A stretch of 64,000 nt of DNA from an uncultured Planctomycetota bacterium (GCA_963719315.1 CAVRBU010000002.1:224001-288000); one strand, 5' to 3'; numbered from the stretch's first letter, positions 1 through 11,683 are shown. Notes: a model not told the origin generated them from the letters alone. Translations and numbers: made by a program.

Positions 1-4
1 TGTT

Positions 5-83
5 AACCACGACGACACGACGGGCGCGTAGAAAATTCGATTCGTTTCAATTGCGGGGCTCCGCCCCGCCGTGCCGTCGTGGT
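5..83. repeat. Short inverted-repeat element (ACCACGACGACACGACGG ... CCGTGCCGTCGTGGT)
   Basis: Imperfect inverted arms of short tandem units around an AT-richer spacer; same design as elements at 2846, 16568, 23067 and 48546. Confidence 0.55.
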
Positions 84-101
84 AAGGTTTTCGGAGTTGT
101 T

Positions 102-1169
102 ATGTCGTCAACATCGTGCAAATACATCGTTCGATTGTTTGCTGTCGGTACAGTGTGGCTGGCAGTTTCGGTGGCTGCGCGGGCCGTTGCGGCGGGCGTT
201 GCCGATAGAGTGCGTTTGGCTCACGGCAACGAGAATGGTGAAGTTACCGATACAACGCCGCTCGAAGTCACGCTCAACAAAGGTGAATCGAATAGCCGCA
301 CGGTCGCCGTCAATCAGATCAAAGCGATCCTGTTCGATGGCGAACCGGCGGAATTATCGCAGGCACGCGTGAACGACTCGAATGGCTCATTCGCCAGGGC
401 GGCGCAGTTGCTCGAGAAAATCGATGCGAGCCAGGTGCACCGCGATCTAATTAAGCAAGATATTGAGTTCTATCAGGCCGCAACCGCGGCGCGACTGGCG
501 CTGGGCGGCGAGGGCGAAGTCATGGATGCTCGGCGCAAACTCAATGTGTTCGTCCGCAGCTATCCGAATAATTTTCACTATCTTGAAGCCACCGAACTAA
601 TGGGCGACCTGCTCATGGCCAATGGCCGGTTCGAGAATGCCCAAAAGCAATACGCTGAGCTGGCGAAGGCCCCCTGGCCCGATTACAAGATGCGGGCCGC
701 GGTCGCGATCGGCCGTTCATTGCAGGCTCAGAATAAGCAGGCCGAGGCCATCCAGCAGTTCGATTCGGCGCTGGCGATGGCCGACGATGGTCCCGACGCT
801 CAGAACCAGAAGCTGGCCGCCTCGCTCGGCAAGGCCGTCAGTCTCGCCGAAACCGGCAAAACGGATGAGGCGGCTGGCATGATCGAAAAGATCATTCAAG
901 ATGCCGATCCGCAGCAGCGGGAGTTGCAAGCGCGGGCTTATAACGCGCTGGGTGCTTGTTATGAAAGGGCAAAGCGGAACAAGGACGCGCTAATCGCTTA
1001 CCTCCACGTGGATGTGCTCTACAACACGGTGCCGGAGGCGCACGCCGAGGCACTAGCCCATTTGGTGCCCCTCTGGCACGCACTGGGTCAGGATGAACGC
1101 TCCCGCGAATCGCGCGAACTTCTGCAGCAGCGTTATGCGGGGAGCAGGTGGGCGAAGCAACTGCAATAA
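102..1169 (+). CDS. Secreted tetratricopeptide-repeat protein
   Basis: Signal-peptide-like N-terminus, Ala/Leu-rich TPR-like helices (ARAYNALGACY, ALIAYLHVD); directly upstream of exbB/exbD. ATG 102 preferred over TTG 51. Confidence 0.75.
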   Translation: MSSTSCKYIVRLFAVGTVWLAVSVAARAVAAGVADRVRLAHGNENGEVTDTTPLEVTLNKGESNSRTVAVNQIKAILFDGEPAELSQARVNDSNGSFARAAQLLEKIDASQVHRDLIKQDIEFYQAATAARLALGGEGEVMDARRKLNVFVRSYPNNFHYLEATELMGDLLMANGRFENAQKQYAELAKAPWPDYKMRAAVAIGRSLQAQNKQAEAIQQFDSALAMADDGPDAQNQKLAASLGKAVSLAETGKTDEAAGMIEKIIQDADPQQRELQARAYNALGACYERAKRNKDALIAYLHVDVLYNTVPEAHAEALAHLVPLWHALGQDERSRESRELLQQRYAGSRWAKQLQ

Positions 1170-1234
1170 CTGGCGATGGTGATTGATTTGGCGCATCATC
1201 GGCTTTACGGCACAGCCGACCCATCGGTAGACTG

Positions 1235-1337
1235 TAGCAGAGGTTGCAAGACTTTAGACCGAACGTGGTTGAGGTCTGAATTCTTGCGAAATTCCGCTAC
1301 CGGAATAAAACGCCGGAGTTCAGGCGAATTCCGCTAT
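1235..1337. repeat. REP-like palindromic element (GTAGC...GAATTCTTGCGAA(A)TTCCGCTAC family)
   Basis: GTAG/CTAC-ended palindromes; related copies at 34857-34919 and 47173-47238. Confidence 0.55.
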
Positions 1338-1351
1338 GTCAGGAGATCGTC

Positions 1352-2242
<891 letters not shown>

Positions 2243-2322
2243 TAGCCGCGGGCTTTCGCCTTTCTTGGAGACTCGTAACGTCTCGAGCCCTGTCACCGCA
2301 CCGCTTCGCCAGCAGCAGGAAT

Positions 2323-2779
2323 ATGCGATACACAAAGCACAAAATGGCGACTGCGGAAATGGACATGACGCCGATGATCGACGTTACGTTCCAACTCATC
2401 GCCTTCTTCATGTTCGTGTTGAATTATACGGAAGTCGATCAGGACCAACGGATCAATCTGCCTTCGAGCGAACTGGCCCGGCCGCCCGAGGTTGCCTACG
2501 AAGAACCGCTCACGATTCAACTGGCTGGGGACGAGAAAATCTACTTCGCCGGCGACGAGTTGACGCCCTCCGGACTAAAGGCCGCATTGCTGCGCGAAGC
2601 CCAGATCATAAAAACCAACCCGAAGAAAAAAGTTTCGGAACGTCACGGTCATCATCCGGGCCGACAAAGCAGCCAAGGCCGGCAAGGTGCAAGAAATCAT
2701 TCAACTGTGCCAACAAGCGGAGTTCGATACCTTCGCGCTCCGCGGAAAACAGAGCGATACTTCGACCCTGATCGAGTGA
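2323..2779 (+). CDS. exbD: ExbD/TolR biopolymer transport protein (frameshift near 2640, probably sequencing error)
   Basis: MDMTPMIDVTFQLIAFF; the C-terminal VIIRADK..AGKVQEIIQLCQ..FAL continues in another frame to TGA 2777-2779. Confidence 0.85.
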
Positions 2780-2785
2780 TTGAGA

Positions 2786-3037
2786 TTTGCCACAGAGATT
2801 ACGAAGAAGAAATGAAGAGAGACATCAATCGCATCTAACAAATTGAACCGCCAGGTCGCCAAGAACGCCAAGCATGGCAAAAAGTAGCACCGTATTCTCT
2901 TGGCGACGTTGGCGTTCTTGGCGGTTTAGTTCATTTTGAAAGGAGCTTTTGAATTGAATTCTGAATTCATTAGCTTCGCAATAGCGGTTAGCTGTTCTTG
3001 TAGATCTCTCTGAATCTTCAGCGCACTCTGTTGCAAA
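2786..3037. repeat. Nested inverted-repeat elements (outer TTTGCCACAGAG...CTCTGTTGCAAA; inner CGCCAAG-type at 2846-2926)
   Basis: Inverted arms seen directly; inner type recurs at 23067-23151. Confidence 0.65.
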
Positions 3038-3071
3038 TATATAGAAGCATACTCAGCGGGCTGGCTCGACC

Positions 3072-3560
3072 ATGCGTATTCGCCGCGGTTACACGACGCT
3101 CGATAAGATCGATTTGCAGATGACGCCGATGATCGACATCGTGTTTCAGCTCAATATCTTCTTCATCTTGACGTTCAAAATCGTTCTACCAGAGGGCGAC
3201 TTCAATATCCGAATGCCCTCCGCGGCGGCAGCTCGATCGTTGCAGCAGAGTGAAACTCTGCCAATGACGCTGACGATGAAGGCCGGTTCGAACGGCCAAT
3301 TGGCCGACCTGCGGCTCAACGATCGATCGTTTGGCAACGGCCGCAACGTCTTCGCGAAACTGCATCAGGTCATCCGCGGTCGTGTGAACGACGCCGGCGG
3401 ACCGGGTACAGCGAGCGAATTGGAAGTTGAAATCAACGCCGATTATGACCTTAACTACGAATATGTAATGCGGGCCATTACGGCCGTTACGGGCTACATC
3501 GAAAACGGCGAGCCGCATAAGTTGATTGAGCGCGTGAAGTTTGCGCCGCCGAAAAAATAA
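3072..3560 (+). CDS. exbD: Second ExbD/TolR family protein
   Basis: LQMTPMIDIVFQLNIFFILT and C-terminal EINAD..L.YEYVMRAI. Confidence 0.9.
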   Translation: MRIRRGYTTLDKIDLQMTPMIDIVFQLNIFFILTFKIVLPEGDFNIRMPSAAAARSLQQSETLPMTLTMKAGSNGQLADLRLNDRSFGNGRNVFAKLHQVIRGRVNDAGGPGTASELEVEINADYDLNYEYVMRAITAVTGYIENGEPHKLIERVKFAPPKK

Positions 3561-3625
3561 CTGCTTCATCCCAGCGGCACGAGTCTGTTGCCGGTCATTG
3601 TCGGGCTCGGCTGGGTGGACCCACG

Positions 3626-4564
3626 CTATGCCCGCGGGTGAAACGCATCGTGAACCTTCTTAAGCCGAGAGTGATCGACGTGCGTGTAGATTTGCGTCGT
3701 CGCAATGCTGGCGTGGCCAAGCATCTCCTGGACTTGTCGCAAATCGGCGCCGCCGGCTAAGAGGTGAGTCGCAAAGCTGTGACGTAGCGAATGGGGGCTT
3801 AACTCCATCGGGCAGCCGGCTTGTCTCGCGTAGAGCTTGATCAGCTCCCAGATCCTCTCGCGTCGCAATCGCCCGCCGCGGGATGAGAGTAGCAGGAATT
3901 GTGATGGCGTGCCGCCGCGGTCGGCAAGTTTCGGCCGTTCGTGTTCAACGTAGACCTCGACGGCGGCGACTGCTTTCGCGCCGAGCGGCACGACGCGTTG
4001 CTTGTCGCCCTTGCCGTGACACAGGCAATACCGCTCGGCCAGATGTACGTCGCGCGGTCGCAGAATTGACAATTCGGAAACGCGGCACCCCGTGGCGTAG
4101 AGCAATTCCAGCATCGCCCGATCGCGCCGCCACCAGGGCCGCGGCGGGCGAGGCGCCGTGAGTAGAGCATTGATTTCTGCCTGCGAAAGCACCGTCGGCA
4201 CCCGCTGCCATAGTTTTTGCGTCCCCAAAAGTTCCGCTTGGTTCTCGGTCAGCACGTTTTCGAGCTGTAGGTAGCGAAAAAATACTTTGAGCGACACAAC
4301 GTGGCGGCTGATCGAGGCCGGGGCCAGTTCTTGAGCCGTGAGCCAGGCCGGGTAATCGGACAACTCTGAAATGCTCAGCCCGGCGATCCGCCGGCCGCGG
4401 AGCCACTCGAAAAATCGCCGCAAATCCCGCTCATACGCCGCCACGCTGTTCTCCGCCAGGTGGCATTCGGTACGCAGATATCGCGCAAACGCCTCGCGCC
4501 AGCGGGCAGCGTCCTCTGCCGCCGCCATACGTCGCGGTTTGATTTCTTTGCGATTGCTGGGCAT
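3626..4564 (-). CDS. xerD: Site-specific tyrosine recombinase XerD
   Basis: RDRAMLELLYATGCRVSEL, GKGDKQR, SPHSLRHSFATHLL, LGHASIATTQIYTHV, HPRA end. Confidence 0.92.
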   Translation of the reverse strand: MPSNRKEIKPRRMAAAEDAARWREAFARYLRTECHLAENSVAAYERDLRRFFEWLRGRRIAGLSISELSDYPAWLTAQELAPASISRHVVSLKVFFRYLQLENVLTENQAELLGTQKLWQRVPTVLSQAEINALLTAPRPPRPWWRRDRAMLELLYATGCRVSELSILRPRDVHLAERYCLCHGKGDKQRVVPLGAKAVAAVEVYVEHERPKLADRGGTPSQFLLLSSRGGRLRRERIWELIKLYARQAGCPMELSPHSLRHSFATHLLAGGADLRQVQEMLGHASIATTQIYTHVDHSRLKKVHDAFHPRA

Positions 4565-4682
4565 GTAACCTCTATCGACCGAGAGAATCGTCGCCGCGCG
4601 GCTCCTCTGGGCAGAGACCGGCGGCGTTGGTTATGCTATCGCCGCGTGTTGTGATTGTGCGGATTAGGTAAATCGGTACGCC

Positions 4683-5889
4683 ATGCAACGAGTTGTCATC
4701 GACGAGCCGTATGAGTTCGTGCCGCCCGTTTATTCCGAGTGGTGGCCGAACTTGCTGCGCCTGTACCTCCGGCGCTACCTGCGAACGTCGTACGGTGTTC
4801 ATTCGGTTGAGTGTCGTAAAGTCGAGCGATTGCGGGCGTCCCTTGCCGCCGGCCATAGCATTCTGCTCGCGCCCAATCACTGTCGTATGGGCGACCCGAT
4901 GGTGCTGGGCATCTTGGGGATGGAGGCCGATTGCCACTTGTTTGCGATGGCGAGTTGGCACGTCTTCAAACAAAGCGCTTTCCAAACATTTATGACCCGT
5001 CGCATGGGCGCGTTCAGCGTCCTCCGAGAGGGAAACGACCGGCAAGCCATCGAAACCGCGATCGACATACTGGTTGCCCGCCGGCGGCCGCTGATTGTCT
5101 TCCCCGAAGGCGCCATCACGCGGCACAACGACGTGATCGAAGACGTAATGGACGGGCCCTCGTTCATCGCGCGGCAAGTCGCTAAGCGATTGAAGAAAGA
5201 AAACAAGCCGGGCGGCGTCGTCATTCATCCCGTAGCCACGCGGTATGCCTTTAACGGCGATTTGGCGACCGCCGTTGGACCGGACCTCGATGCGTTGGAG
5301 ACGCTTCTGTCGTGGCAACCGCAACGACATCTATCGCTCGTGAGCCGTATCGGAAAAATCGGGCAGGCGCTACTGGCGCTCAAGGAGATTGAGTTGCTCG
5401 GTACGTGGCGCGGCGGCAATCTCTATGAACGGGCCGAAAAACTAGTCGAGGAAGTTCTTTCCCGCCTGGAATCCGAGTGGCACATCGCGGATTCATCGGG
5501 CAACGCGATGGTCCGCGTGAAGCGGCTAAGAACGGCGATCTTGCCGGACATGATTGCGAACCGCGTCACGCCCGAAGACCGCGCGCCGCTGGCGCGATCT
5601 GGCGGCCGCCTACTACGTGCAACAGATTTCACATTATCCGCGCGATTACATTCTGCGCGATAAGAACCTGCCGGAGCGCATGGTGGAGACGGTCGAGCGG
5701 CTGCAGGAGGATTTCACCGACAAGATGACGATTCACGCACCATTCCACGCGATCATCGAAGTCGGCGAAGCCATCCCGGTAGGCACGCAGCGGACGCGCG
5801 ACGAACTAGGGGACCCGATCATGGCCGAAGTCCGGCGACAGTTGCAGACAATGATCGACAACTTGGCAGCGGAGCGAACACCGGTTTAA
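4683..5889 (+). CDS. 1-acyl-sn-glycerol-3-phosphate acyltransferase family protein (frameshift near 5580)
   Basis: PNHCRMGD (HX4D) and FPEG motifs; C-terminus continues in ORF 5554..5889. Confidence 0.85.
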
Positions 5890-6132
5890 GCCCAAAGTTA
5901 ACCGCTAACGGACGCCAATAGGTCGGTAACCGGATAGAACAATTGATTGTCTGATTCCTGCGACAATTGACAATTTACTTAAAAGAAGCAAGTTGTAACG
6001 CCAAACGGGCGGACTCATGAACGATTGAAGTTGCTTCATTATCGCGAATATATGCGGTCAACAATTCTCGACACTGGCGGCTCAACGCCGCGGGTGGGTA
6101 AAATAATTTCGCACCAGCATTGGGAGGTTTGT

Positions 6133-7155
6133 ATGACTCAAAGGACTCTGCCGATGACCACGCCGATCACGCCGCTCGCCGAACTTGCCGAAGGTCAAGA
6201 AGCGGATTTCTTTGCGCTGCTTGCTGAAAAGCAGGAAATGAAAACCCGCGATGGCAAGCCGTACCATCGCGTGACGTTCCGCGACGCGCGGCGCGAAGTC
6301 GGCTTCCCGATTTGGTCCGACTCGCCTCTCGCCGATACCTGCCGCGACGAATGGGCGCCGGGCAATTTCTACAAAATGCGGGCCGTGCTGCGACAATCCA
6401 ATTACGGGCCGCAATTGGAAATCAAGAAGATCCGCCTCGTCGAAGACGCCGACCGTAAAGACGGGTTCGACCCGCTGATGTGCCAGCCCACTTCGCGATT
6501 CGATCCAGTCGAGATGTTCGCGGAACTGATGAACTTGGTCGAATCGCAGATCGAGAATAAACCGCTGCGGAAGTTGGTTGCCGATATCCTGGAGCAGAAT
6601 CGCGAGCAACTTCTACTGCTTCCGGCAGCCAAGCGAAATCACCATGCGTACGTGAGTGGCTATCTGGAGCACGTGCTCAACGTGACCCGCACATGCTGCC
6701 ATCTGGCGGAAAAGTACGCTGAGTTGTACAACGACCTCGACCCGCCGCTAAATAAGGACGTAATCGTGGCTGGTGCGGCCCTGCACGATATCGGCAAATT
6801 GCGCGAACTGGAAGTCACTCCCAGCGGCGCCGATTACACGCCGGCGGGCTGCCTCATTGGGCATGTGCTGCAAGGCCGCGACATCGTTCGGGAAGCCGCC
6901 GTCGGACGCAAAATCGATCCGGAGTTGCTTCTCCGCCTGGAGCATGTGATCGTTTCGCATCAACGCCTGCCGGAGTGGGGCGCACCCAAACCCCCAATGA
7001 CGCCAGAAGCGCTCATCGTGCACCACGCCGACGACCTCGACGCGAAGCTGCAGATGATGGTCGGTGCATTGCAAGACGAAACGGCCAACGGGCCGATGAC
7101 CTCCAAGCGGAACGCCCTTAACCAGCAATTCTTCCGCGGCGCCCCGAAAGTTTAG
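6133..7155 (+). CDS. OB-fold + HD-domain protein, YhaM/CBF1-like 3'-5' exoribonuclease
   Basis: N-terminal OB fold (TRDGKPY..VTFRD), HHAYVSGYLEH, LHDIGK, HHADDLDAK; GGAGG RBS before ATG 6133. Confidence 0.88.
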   Translation: MTQRTLPMTTPITPLAELAEGQEADFFALLAEKQEMKTRDGKPYHRVTFRDARREVGFPIWSDSPLADTCRDEWAPGNFYKMRAVLRQSNYGPQLEIKKIRLVEDADRKDGFDPLMCQPTSRFDPVEMFAELMNLVESQIENKPLRKLVADILEQNREQLLLLPAAKRNHHAYVSGYLEHVLNVTRTCCHLAEKYAELYNDLDPPLNKDVIVAGAALHDIGKLRELEVTPSGADYTPAGCLIGHVLQGRDIVREAAVGRKIDPELLLRLEHVIVSHQRLPEWGAPKPPMTPEALIVHHADDLDAKLQMMVGALQDETANGPMTSKRNALNQQFFRGAPKV

Positions 7156-7164
7156 CAATACCTT

Positions 7165-7468
7165 TTTTGGCCACAGAGGTCAAAGAGAAGAATTCTCCAA
7201 TGACCAAATCACAATGACCAAACAAACACTACGCACAAAAAAATAAGTGCTTGGTCATTGGTCATTCAGTACTTCCAAGTTTCGAGACTGACGAGGAAAT
7301 GAATTGCTGAGGAACGCTGATTCTCACTAATTTCCGCTAATTCCGAATCAGTGGAAATTAGCGAAGATTAGTGTTCCAGCCCTCTTTGTCTGAACTTGGA
7401 ACTACTGTCATTGGTCATTGCTCGTTGCTCATTCGATCTCTCTCTGCCCTCTATGACTCCACGGCAAA
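7165..7468. repeat. Four-level nested repeat complex
   Basis: Outer CACAGAG/CTCTGC arms, AATGACC/GGTCATT heptamers, a MITE at 7267-7407 and an inner CTAATT/AATTAG inverted array. Confidence 0.7.
7267..7407. mobile_element. 141-bp MITE with TIRs CAGTACTTCCAAGTT / AACTTGGAACTACTG and 5-bp TSD TCATT
   Basis: TIRs match 14/15; TCATT at 7262-7266 and 7408-7412. Confidence 0.72.
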
Positions 7469-8391
7469 CTAATTGTTACTGAGCAGGACTGCCTGCACGA
7501 CACGAGCGTGGCCCGCCAGATCCTTTATGGTCGGGCCGAGTTCAAGCGCTGCCTGCCGGCGAATAAGCTGCTCGACTTCCGCTGCGATCATCGGGCTGAC
7601 TTCGATAGACAGTGCGCCACCCGGTTTGAGCCGCACCGCGGCCTGTTCGATCAGCGGCGCGATTACATCGGTTCCTTTTTCGCCCGCACGGAGAGCAACG
7701 TCCGGTTCATATTCCCGTACATCCGCCGCAAGCTGCTCCATCTCGGCCGTCGAAATGTACGGCGGATTGCTCACGATGCAATCGAACCGTAGTTCGGCCG
7801 GCTCGGCTGAAAATAAATTCGACTCGATAAACCGGATTCGATCCGCCACACCATGCCGCTCAGCATTTCGGCGAGCAACGGCCAGCGCCGCCGGGCTGAT
7901 ATCGATGGCGGTGACTTGCGCCGTCGGCACGTACTTGGCCGCACACACCGCGAGTACCCCGCTGCCGGTGCCAACATCGGCAATGGCGATTGAGCCTGGC
8001 GGCTGGGCGCCGGGGACCAGAGAGAAAGAGCTACCCGCCCGCCGCTTTACGTAATCGAGCAAAGCCACAACCAATAGCTCCGTTTCCGGACGTGGAATCA
8101 AGACATCCGGATTCACTTCGAATTCGAGCGAATAAAATTCGCGGTGTCCGACGAGGTACGCGACGGGCGTGCCGGCCGCGCGGCGCTTGACCAGCTCGCG
8201 AAAGGCCGTCCGCGTTTCTTCCGTCGCCGGATCACCGAAGGCGGCATACAGATCGATTCGCCGACAACCACGGGCGTGCGCAAGAGCACTTCGGCTTCGA
8301 GCCGCGGGTTCTCGGCGGCGTGCTTCCCAAGAAAGTCGATCGTCCACGACAACAAGCGACCGACCGTCCAGGGCTCTTCGGGAGTGGTCAT
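7469..8391 (-). CDS. prmC: Release factor N5-glutamine methyltransferase PrmC/HemK (frameshift near 8280)
   Basis: PVAYLVGHREFY, VLIPRPETE, DVGTGSG, VSNPPYI; N-terminus in ORF 8113..8391; adjacent to prfA. Confidence 0.92.
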
Positions 8392-8471
8392 GGATATTGA
8401 CTGGAATATCGAAGATGCAATACAAGCCAGGACGAAGAAAGTCTCAAATCTTACATCTCACATCGCCCAAA

Positions 8472-9543
8472 TTAGTCCAGTCCGCCCATTTGGTCCCGAA
8501 GCTGCTGACGATCGTAATCCAAAAGCGCGTCGGTAATCGGCTGCAGGTTGCCGGCAATCACCTGATCGAGATTGTGCACCGTGAGGCCGATTCTGTGGTC
8601 GGTAACGCGATTCTGCGGGAAGTTGTACGTGCGAATCCGCTCGCTGCGGTCGCCCGACCCGACCAGGCTTTTCCGCTCGGCCGCCCGCTTGGCCTGCTCT
8701 TTCTGCAGCTTGAAATCGTAAATCCGGGCTGAGAGTTCGCGTAGCGCTTTGGTTTTATTCTTAAGCTGGCTCTTTTCGTCCTGACATTGAACGACGATTC
8801 CCGTTTCATAGTGCGTGAGCCGCACCGCGGACGCAGTCTTGTTGACGTGCTGGCCGCCTGGGCCGCTCGCGCAGAATGTATCGAGACGGTAATCGTCTGG
8901 CTTGATATCGACTTCGACTTCCTCCGGCTCGGGCAGCACGGCGACCGTCGCGGCCGATGTATGGATTCGGCCCTGCGTTTCGGTATCGGGCACACGCTGC
9001 ACGCGGTGGCCGCCGCTTTCGTATTGCAACTCGCGGTAGGCCCCCTCCCCTTCCAGCGCCAGTACGATTTCCTTGAAGCCGCCGAGTTCCGTGGCGTGGT
9101 GATTGAGAATCTCGGTCTTCCACCCCTTGATACCGGCATGATAGCGATACATTTCGAACAGGTCGCGTGCGAACAGGGCCGCCTCATCGCCGCCCGTACC
9201 GGCGCGGATTTCCATGATTATCCGCGAGCGGTTCGCCTCGTCGCCGCCGACGGTCATGTCCAAAAGCTCGCCCCACAGCGCTTCGCGATCCGCACGAAGC
9301 TGTGGCAGCTCGGCCTCAGCCAGTTCGCGCATCTCGGCGTCTTCGCCCTCGATCATCTGCTGGGCTTCGGCAATCTGGCTATTGATCTGCTTGAACTTGC
9401 GATACTTCTTCGCCAGCTTGCCGAGCGACCCATGTTCGCGGGCAACGGCCGTTATGCGCAGGATTTGACAGCACCTCGGGGTCCATGAGGTCCCTTTCGA
9501 GCTGCTCGAAACGGGTCAGTTTTTGTTCAAGTACATCGCGCAT
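8472..9543 (-). CDS. prfA: Peptide chain release factor 1 (frameshift near 9460)
   Basis: [17 protein letters not shown] (PxT = RF1), [26 protein letters not shown]-terminus [16 protein letters not shown] from ATG 9543. Confidence 0.95.
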
Positions 9544-9711
9544 GGAAAAATGTAACCAACACGCTCTGCGTGCCGTCGCAAAGCAACTGCGGAACTCCTA
9601 CCGTAGACAAGTTTCTCCGAAACTTGTCCACCGCGGCGGACATCTCGGGGAAACACAACCTCATGGAACAGAATTCTAACGCACGGCCCAAAGAGAGGCT
9701 ACGGCGACGCT

Positions 9712-9733
9712 GTAGGTCAGGCTTCAGCCTGAC
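9712..9733. repeat. REP-like palindrome GTAGGTCAGGCTTCAGCCTGAC
   Basis: Inverted-orientation relative GTCAGGCTTACGCCTGACCTAC at 60000-60021. Confidence 0.55.
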
Positions 9734-9777
9734 AACTCCTCGCGCACCTGCCAGGCCAAAGAAAGCCTGCTCGACAG

Positions 9778-10008
9778 CTACTTCTTGCCGCGCTTGAGGC
9801 TGGCGTACCCGGCGGCAGCGAACTTATTCTTGAACTTCTCGATCCGCCCAGCCGTATCGACGAACTTCAACTTGCCCGTGTAGAACGGATGGCAAACGTT
9901 GCAGATATCGACTTTCAGTTCTTTGCGCGTGCTGCGCGTGACAAACTTGTTCCCGCAGCCACAGGAGACTTGCGTTTCGTAGTATTCGGGATGGATGCCG
10001 TCTTTCAT
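9778..10008 (-). CDS. rpmE: 50S ribosomal protein L31 (Zn-binding type)
   Basis: [35 protein letters not shown]. Confidence 0.97.
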   Translation of the reverse strand: MKDGIHPEYYETQVSCGCGNKFVTRSTRKELKVDICNVCHPFYTGKLKFVDTAGRIEKFKNKFAAAGYASLKRGKK

Positions 10009-10155
10009 GATCGCCTCGGTCGCTTATGGTTAGCCCTGAAGTTTACCTGGTTCGCTGTCGGACGGCAAGCGAAACCGCTACCTGGTAGTGGGGTCATTTG
10101 AATTAGCACCAATTCAGCAACGGAAACGCAATGTTTCTTGGCGGATTTTGGTCGG

Positions 10156-10551
10156 CTACTTGGCGTCGTCCACTGCCTTCCGCGCCGCCTCGACGCGCTG
10201 CATCTGTTCCTTTCGCTTCGCATACCACGGGGCGAGGTTGCTTTCCTCCCATTTCGACAAAGAGATTATGCGGTCTGTGATTCGTCGCACCTCGTCGCCG
10301 CTATCTTTATTGAGTTCCCTGAGTTCTGGGTAGCGGGCAACTTCCATTGATGATTTCAAAATTTTGTCAATCTTGGCATCCATTTCACCTATCTCCTTCT
10401 CTGCCTTTTGCTTAATGCTTTCCATCTTGGTGTCGATCCAGTCGAGTTGTTTTTGTTCGGCGGTTAGCCTCTTCATGGCATCGCCATATTCATCGCGGCA
10501 GCCAGCCACTACGATGCAAATATAAGTAATCAAGAGAATCAGTTGCTTCAT
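10156..10551 (-). CDS. Hypothetical coiled-coil lipoprotein (passenger gene)
   Basis: Hydrophobic N-terminus ending VVAGC (lipobox), Lys/Glu-rich helical body; 4-nt overlap with upstream gene. Confidence 0.6.
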   Translation of the reverse strand: MKQLILLITYICIVVAGCRDEYGDAMKRLTAEQKQLDWIDTKMESIKQKAEKEIGEMDAKIDKILKSSMEVARYPELRELNKDSGDEVRRITDRIISLSKWEESNLAPWYAKRKEQMQRVEAARKAVDDAK

Positions 10552-10856
10552 GACTGGCCGGTACGTGGAACTGGGATATTAAGCCGAGACTTGTCGTCTT
10601 GGTCAGTAATTGCAAACTCAATCGAGAACTTGTCTGCAAGCTCATCGAATCGTCGCATTGCCGATGCAAGAGACCCAAATGGATCATTGCCACTTCGCGT
10701 GTCAAAAAATCGTTCATTGCATAGTGCACAGCGGCCAGTAGGCAACGAAGACGCATCCTCAACTGTTGTTTCCGTAGTGCGACTGCACTTCTTGCACGTA
10801 ATGCGGATCGTTGTCAGGTCCGCAATTGGTATTCGGCAAATCTGCTCGGCAACCAT
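10548..10856 (-). CDS. Hypothetical zinc-ribbon protein (passenger gene)
   Basis: CKKC and CALC pairs; GGAG RBS; ATGA coupling to next gene. Confidence 0.6.
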   Translation of the reverse strand: MVAEQICRIPIADLTTIRITCKKCSRTTETTVEDASSLPTGRCALCNERFFDTRSGNDPFGSLASAMRRFDELADKFSIEFAITDQDDKSRLNIPVPRTGQS

Positions 10857-10929
10857 CGCATGCTCCGAATGAAAAGACAGTCACCCGATCCGTGGGTGAC
10901 TGTCTTATATTGTAGCCAGTTTTCTGTTA

Positions 10930-11089
10930 TTACTCCAGATAGCGGCCCTTTACCTCGCTGAACAAATCATTGAACTTCCACAGCCGTTTTGTGACACCGG
11001 CCATCATGGCGGGAGTCGGACGCAGCCGGCCAGCCTTACCGCTCCAATCCTGATAGCGTGGACGCCAGCAATTGTTGTAATTGGCGAGG
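10930..11089 (-). pseudogene. C-terminal remnant of an IS1-family transposase
   Basis: Manual translation ANYNNCWRPR...LRPTPAMMAGVTKRLWKFNDLF matches the YNFCR..TPAMxAGvTd.lW C-terminal motif; truncated upstream by stop codons. Confidence 0.7.
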
Positions 11090-11125
11090 GGAATCGAACC
11101 CTATTATCGTGCGGGAGGTTCGGTC

Positions 11126-11683
11126 ATGGCCAAGAAAAAACCCAAGCCACTGCCGCTCGACTCGTTTCTGGCGTTTTACAGCGCTCGGGCATTCCAGATG
11201 ACGTCCACGATTCTTGATCGTCAGCCGAACAAGCCATTTTTTATCTGGCCCCTGATTGTGAACGAGACATTCAGCTTGGAGTTACACCTCAAGAGCCTAC
11301 ATCGTATCCGTAGGCGGATCGCGCACGGCCACAATATACGATTTCTATTCGAGTCTTTAAGCATGGCAGATCGAAAGAAAATTGAGTCACACTTTAACGC
11401 GATTGCTGTTCAGCACCCACTTCATGGAGCGGCGATAAAAGATGGCATTCCAATGGACCTTGAATCGGTCCTAACGCGGTCTAGCGACCTATTTCACAAC
11501 GCGCGATATTGGTTTCAGGGACACTTGCCGACCCCAGATTCCAAGGGCCATAGAACCAACGCCGGGATTGGGCCGCTTTCGGACGCGGTAATGCAGTTGA
11601 TACTGGAATTGCGCCCGGACTGGAGGTCGATGATTAAGCAACTCCAGGAACAACCCGTGGGAAGTAGGCCACTGACCACATAG
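11126..11683 (+). CDS. Hypothetical protein, possible HEPN-like domain
   Basis: FSLELHLKSL...GHNIRFLFESL...ARY pattern; GGAGG RBS. Confidence 0.55.
   Translation: MAKKKPKPLPLDSFLAFYSARAFQMTSTILDRQPNKPFFIWPLIVNETFSLELHLKSLHRIRRRIAHGHNIRFLFESLSMADRKKIESHFNAIAVQHPLHGAAIKDGIPMDLESVLTRSSDLFHNARYWFQGHLPTPDSKGHRTNAGIGPLSDAVMQLILELRPDWRSMIKQLQEQPVGSRPLTT

Noticed and set aside
3626..4564. Phage or integron integrase
   Set aside because: Canonical XerD motifs in housekeeping context; no phage genes or attC array
9440..9480. Programmed frameshift in a release factor near codon 29 (as in prfB)
   Set aside because: The protein is RF1 (PxT motif), there is no CTT-TGA slippery site, and the break matches the window-wide GCGC indel pattern
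11081..11104. tRNA-like T-arm GGGTTCGATTCCC on the minus strand
   Set aside because: No D arm, anticodon arm or acceptor stem; at most an att or IS-end remnant
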